A stretch of 9,357 nucleotides of DNA from a virus (lineage: Duplodnaviria; Heunggongvirae; Uroviricota; Caudoviricetes): the IMG/VR virus record IMGVR_UViG_2537562195_000004. One strand, 5' to 3'. A model generated the notes under the pieces. The model was not told the DNA's origin and searched no databases. It worked only from the letters and a program-made list of their open reading frames with translations. A program made the position numbers and the translations under genes. Below, piece after piece: positions 5,731-9,357 of this stretch (within the stretch, counting starts at the first letter, position 1; every line of letters starts with the position of its first letter).

Positions 5731-5928
5731 AAGTGGGCATTAAAAGTGGGAAAGGTGGGAGATTTAACGTAATTTTAACAAAATTACCCACTTTCCCACG
5801 TGTATATATCCCAAAAAGTGGGCACTAAAAAAATACCTATGAAACAAGATGATATAAATCCCAAATTTCCCACGTTGGACGAAGTGGGAAAACGTAAAAA
5901 GTGGGCGAAAAAAGTGGGTAGAGGTGGG
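5731..5928. repeat. Iteron array, putative origin of replication
   Basis: Eight direct copies of AAGTGGG/AGGTGGG (starting 5731, 5744, 5753, 5816, 5882, 5899, 5912, 5922) plus inverted copies (CCCACTTT 5787-5794, CCCAC 5795-5799 and 5869-5873), interspersed with AT-rich segments (5761-5786, 5823-5865). Begins 2 nt after the rep stop. Confidence 0.65.
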
Positions 5929-5931
5929 CAA

Positions 5932-6189
5932 ATGACTCAAAAACACAGAGACAGAACAGAGCCAAAATATAAAGCGTTAGACATGACAGAGCACGCCTTA
6001 AAGGTGGCAATCAGAACGATAGACCGCCACGCGGGGGAAGGATACGCGAAAGAACATCCCGACCTGATAAGCGCATTCATGACCACAGCAGCGGCAAACT
6101 TTGCCACGCTGACAGAACGTGAGATTGCCGAAGCGGAACAGGTAACAACCATCAACGTAAAAACCGGAGAGTCAGGCGATGATACATGA
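5932..6189 (+). CDS. Hypothetical protein downstream of the origin
   Basis: Preferred start ATG 5932 with GAGGTGGG RBS (the last iteron). The longer track ORF from 5800 translates the iterons (KKWAKKVGRGG) and is probably not real. Overlaps the PerC-like gene start by 11 nt. Confidence 0.45.
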   Translation: MTQKHRDRTEPKYKALDMTEHALKVAIRTIDRHAGEGYAKEHPDLISAFMTTAAANFATLTEREIAEAEQVTTINVKTGESGDDT

Positions 6190-6451
6190 CCGCATAGCGG
6201 AGGAACTCGAGGCGAAAGGATTTTACCGGAGGGCGGCGGCGCGATGGGGTGAAGTCATGCAGCTGGTGGAGACAGACAAGGAACGGCATCAGGTTACGAT
6301 GCGACGGCTGGAATGTTCCAGGAAAGCACAGAGGCAACCGGAGCCGCCGGATAACTTCGGAGACCTGAGAAAGGCAGTAGATCGCACTTATGCTGAAATG
6401 GGTATAGATGGTGTAAGCGATGAAATATGGTGTAATTACCAGGACAGCTAA
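6179..6451 (+). CDS. PerC-family transcriptional regulator (PerC/Pch-like)
   Basis: 90 aa; N-terminal DRIAEELEAKGFYRRAAARWGEVM matches the PerC-family signature (AE.LE.KG.WRRAA.RW) as I recall it. Followed by an intrinsic terminator. Confidence 0.6.
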   Translation: MIHDRIAEELEAKGFYRRAAARWGEVMQLVETDKERHQVTMRRLECSRKAQRQPEPPDNFGDLRKAVDRTYAEMGIDGVSDEIWCNYQDS

Positions 6452-6458
6452 TCACACA

Positions 6459-6480
6459 GCCGGAGCAATCCGGCTTTTTT
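6459..6480 (+). terminator. Rho-independent terminator
   Basis: GCCGGA-gcaa-TCCGGC followed by TTTTTT (6475-6480). Confidence 0.6.
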
Positions 6481-6909
6481 GTAGGTACTCCTGGTGGGGG
6501 GGCCTGTCCACGGGGCGGAGGGGCGCGGAAAAAGGCGCATTTTTTGATTTTTATGGCACCATCACCACCACTATAAGCTATTGATATATTGAGGAATAAA
6601 AATTTTTAGTGGCGAATAAGGTTGTTTTTTGTTCATCACTGGAACGTTCCCGAAAACATTTACAAAAAAACAGGCGCAAAAAAAAGCGCCCCCGATTGCT
6701 GTTACCGGAGGCGCTTTTACACGACAAAGGAGTTTTTATCGCCAGGATGACGAGTCTTAATATTGCTTCAATAGCAAAAATGCGTCAATGGCTTTGCCTC
6801 TCTGAGAATAATCAGAAAAAACATAATCTGATTTTCAGGTAGAAAATGATTTATCTATTACTTTTATCGATCAATAATGATGCCCGTTAATCAAAACGGA
6901 GGCGGATTT

Positions 6910-7104
6910 ATGCCAGAGAACAACACCAGAAAGCCGGATAAAAGTGCCACGGTACACATAGACGCCGGAACTATGGAGAAGATCGAACGCTATCAGCAGT
7001 TCATCAAAGATAATCACCCGGGTATGCCGGTACCCACGAAAGGACAAATCACACGCAGCGCGGTTGAATACTGGTACCAGGCAACGTTAGGAGCCTGGCT
7101 ATGA
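6910..7104 (+). CDS. Small protein, possible RHH-like DNA-binding protein, translationally coupled to the protease-capsid gene
   Basis: ATG at 6910 preceded by GGAGG (6897-6901). Stop TGA overlaps the next ATG (ATGA at 7101-7104). Pattern TVHIDAGTMEKIERYQQFI...TKGQITRSAVEYWYQ is compatible with strand-helix-helix. Weak call. Confidence 0.4.
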   Translation: MPENNTRKPDKSATVHIDAGTMEKIERYQQFIKDNHPGMPVPTKGQITRSAVEYWYQATLGAWL

Positions 7105-8990
7105 AAACATGGTTTTCCATTAAGGCTATGGCAGATGTTGTCTATGTGCGTATTTATGACGAGATCGGCGGGTACGGTGTAAAAGCATCGACACTTACTG
7201 ACGAGATCAACGCGTGCGGTAATGCGTCTGAAATCCATCTTCGCATCCATTCACCTGGTGGCGACATCTTTGAAGGGCTGGCTATCTATAACGCCCTGAA
7301 AAATCATCCGGCAAAGAAAATTGTACACATTGAAGGCATGGCGGCTTCTATGGCCTCGTTTATTGCCATGTGTGGCGATCACATCGTTATGCCTGAAAAC
7401 GCGATGATGATGATACATGCCCCCCGTGGTGTTACTGCCGGAGTGTCGGGCGACGTTCGCCGCTTTGCTGACCTGATGGACAAGCTGGGCGACACGATGG
7501 CGGAAACCTACGCCGGAAGAACGGGCAGGAGCAAACAGGAGATCACCTCAATGATGGAGGCGGAAACCTGGATGGATGGCAATGAGTGTAAGGCTAACGG
7601 CTTCGCAGATGAGGTTATACCCGCGATTACAGCAATGGCCCGAATTGAATCAAAACGAATCGGAGATTTTTCAAATATGCCGGAAAAAATTAAAAGCATG
7701 ATCAGCCAGAAAACTGGCAGTGGCGAACAGGAACGACTTAACGGAATCCGTGAATTGTTTGGCACCTTCAACGGAAGATATAACGACCTGGCTATAAGTT
7801 GTCTTGCGGATTCAGAATGTAGCGTTGAGAATGCACGCGAACGCCTTTTACTCGCTATGGGTAAAGAATCAACGCCAACAAACAAAACCACCCCCGCAAA
7901 TCTTTACTACGCGTACACGGATAACGGCAATATAACCGGCGATGCCATGCGTCAGGGGCTTAATGCGCGTCTTGGTCACGAACGGGCCGAACGCGGTAAT
8001 CCTTACGCCATGATGAGCCTTTTCGATATGGCACAGGCATCATTAACCCATCGTGGTATAAGCACGGGCAGCTACAGCACACGCTCGCAGATAGTAAACG
8101 CGGCATTCACCCACAGCAGCAGCGATTTTACCGATATCCTTGCTGGTGGCGCTGAAAAATCAGTGCTTGCAGGCTGGGAGCACAGCGGCGAAACATTCCG
8201 CCAGTGGACGAAAAAAGGTTCCCTTTCAAACTTCCGGGAAGCCCGCCGCGTTGGTATGAATGGCTTCTCAACGTTAAACAAAGTGCCGGAAGGGGCAGAA
8301 TATAAATACATTACCACCAGCGATCGCGGTGAACCCATCGCGCTGGCTACTTACGGGAATATTTTCAGCATTACCCGCCAGGCGATAATCAATGATGACC
8401 TTGATCAGTTATCAACGGTGCCAATGGCTATGGGCCGTGCAGCATCAAGAACGGTGGGAAATCTGGTTAATCTGGTGCTTACAGGCAACGTAAAACTTTC
8501 TGACGGAATAGCGCTGTTTGACAAAAAACACAGCAACCTGATTGAAGCAGGACTGACAACACCGGGACTTAGTGCAGCACGTCACCTGATGCGCACACAG
8601 AAGGACAAAAATGGCGAAGTGCTGAATATTGCGCCTAAATTCCTTTTAGTTCCGGCAGCACTGGAAGATCGCGCGTTGCAGATGATTAACTCAACCGCAC
8701 CTTTCGGGGCTGATAAAAACAGCGGGATCTTTAACCCGTATCACAAGCTACTTGATATCATCGTCGATCCCCGCCTTGATGATATCAGCGAAAAACAATG
8801 GTACATGCTTTCCGCACAGGGAACAGACACAATCGAGGTGGCTTATCTTGATGGCAATGACGAGCCTTACCTTGAACAGCAGGAAGGTTTTATCGTTGAC
8901 GGCGTGGCCTGGAAAGTCCGTATTGATGCAGGTGTGGCAGCTCTGGATTATCGCGGTATGGTCAAATCAGGCGGGACAGATTCACTATGA
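7101..8990 (+). CDS. Prohead protease (ClpP-like, S14 family) fused to a large C-terminal capsid-like domain
   Basis: 629 aa. N-terminal ~190 aa has ClpP-type motifs: GMAASMAS (catalytic Ser context, compare ClpP GQAASMG) and MMIHAPRG (compare MIHQP). The ~440-aa C-terminal part is of capsid-protein size and is followed by a strong terminator; the capsid assignment is an inference (confidence about 0.55), the protease assignment is stronger. Confidence 0.8.
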   Translation: MKTWFSIKAMADVVYVRIYDEIGGYGVKASTLTDEINACGNASEIHLRIHSPGGDIFEGLAIYNALKNHPAKKIVHIEGMAASMASFIAMCGDHIVMPENAMMMIHAPRGVTAGVSGDVRRFADLMDKLGDTMAETYAGRTGRSKQEITSMMEAETWMDGNECKANGFADEVIPAITAMARIESKRIGDFSNMPEKIKSMISQKTGSGEQERLNGIRELFGTFNGRYNDLAISCLADSECSVENARERLLLAMGKESTPTNKTTPANLYYAYTDNGNITGDAMRQGLNARLGHERAERGNPYAMMSLFDMAQASLTHRGISTGSYSTRSQIVNAAFTHSSSDFTDILAGGAEKSVLAGWEHSGETFRQWTKKGSLSNFREARRVGMNGFSTLNKVPEGAEYKYITTSDRGEPIALATYGNIFSITRQAIINDDLDQLSTVPMAMGRAASRTVGNLVNLVLTGNVKLSDGIALFDKKHSNLIEAGLTTPGLSAARHLMRTQKDKNGEVLNIAPKFLLVPAALEDRALQMINSTAPFGADKNSGIFNPYHKLLDIIVDPRLDDISEKQWYMLSAQGTDTIEVAYLDGNDEPYLEQQEGFIVDGVAWKVRIDAGVAALDYRGMVKSGGTDSL

Positions 8991-8994
8991 CAAC

Positions 8995-9018
8995 AAGGCG
9001 GCACCAGCCGCCTTTTTT
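8995..9018 (+). terminator. Rho-independent terminator after the protease-capsid gene
   Basis: AAGGCGGC-acca-GCCGCCTT followed by TTTTTT (9013-9018). Confidence 0.6.
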
Positions 9019-9075
9019 GCGGGTTCTTTACAAAAAATCTGAGCTTGTTTTCTTCACCAGCGCGATGGGGGCACA

Positions 9076-9357
9076 ATGACAGAAGCCGAACTACTGGGAT
9101 TAATCCGCCGCGTTACCGGAATCAGCCAGCAGCATGACGAACAGGCCACGCAGCCGGACAGCGTGACCGCCGAAAATTATGTGCGTGTTGTTGCTGAGGT
9201 GATGCGCCGTGATGGTATCCAGCTTAATGATGTGGATATGCGCAACATACGGATCCGCGTTCTTGAAATGCTGGCCTACAATCGCCGCGTTGAACTGTAT
9301 CGGGAGAAAGATAAAATTACGTACCACTGGAAGAAGCCGGAGCGGTTACGGCGTTAA
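9076..9357 (+). CDS. Hypothetical phage protein (possibly head-completion or packaging-associated)
   Basis: 93 aa; GGGGG RBS; complete ORF ending at the window edge. Functional guess is from position after the capsid gene only. Confidence 0.45.
   Translation: MTEAELLGLIRRVTGISQQHDEQATQPDSVTAENYVRVVAEVMRRDGIQLNDVDMRNIRIRVLEMLAYNRRVELYREKDKITYHWKKPERLRR

Larger units (their letters stand above)
1..9357. mobile_element. Integrated phage-satellite / PICI-like island, integrase-proximal part (element continues beyond the window)
   Basis: Gene content and order: P4-type integrase, AlpA, RHH regulators, Icd-like gene, RepA-like ATPase plus iterons, PerC-like regulator, ClpP-like protease-capsid fusion. 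No tail, lysis or terminase genes in the window. Family-level inference only. Confidence 0.7.

Noticed and set aside
5731-5928. Possibility that the short direct repeats are a CRISPR array
   Set aside because: Repeat units are only 7-10 bp with irregular spacing and mixed orientation, and there are no spacers of uniform length or cas genes. The pattern fits iterons.
5800-5931. N-terminal extension of the 5800-6189 ORF across the iteron array
   Set aside because: Alternative (GTG) start; the translation is just the iteron repeats (KKWAKKVGRGG). An ATG with RBS at 5932 is more plausible.
6609-6842. 77-aa + strand ORF in the ORF-free region
   Set aside because: Non-ATG start, and a poly-Lys/Arg stretch produced by A-runs; overlaps hairpin and terminator-like sequence. 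Likely spurious.
7508-9327. Minus-strand ORFs inside the protease-capsid gene and the last ORF (7508-7891, 8072-8338, 9100-9327), and + ORF 8752-9042
   Set aside because: Antisense or out-of-frame overlaps with better-supported CDSs; 8752-9042 also runs through the terminator.

Overview
The window reads as the integrase-proximal ~9.4 kb of an integrated enterobacterial phage-satellite / PICI-like island (about 50% GC). Gene order on the + strand: P4-type tyrosine integrase (1-1242), small ORF, AlpA-family regulator, then an Icd-like/RepA-like replication operon (3378-5729) followed by an iteron array that looks like the origin, a PerC-family regulator, and a ClpP-like prohead protease fused to a capsid-like domain (7101-8990). 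Between alpA and the replication operon the minus strand carries the most unusual structure: two tandem, diverged cassettes, each a ribbon-helix-helix (RHH) gene, a 57-bp spacer holding a 44-bp palindromic element (43/44 identical between copies), and a small 'MTN...' paralogue. Each cassette faces a + strand promoter overlaid by its own, different dyad operator and a homologous hairpin leader. One RHH gene (2328-2501) is absent from the supplied ORF track. A sharply AT-rich insert (about 3580-3960, roughly 33-35% GC by hand count) carries two small overlapping genes of unknown function inside the replication operon. All protein-family calls are from motif recognition by eye; no database search was run. 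No tRNA, rRNA or CRISPR array was seen; the attachment site is presumably outside the window.
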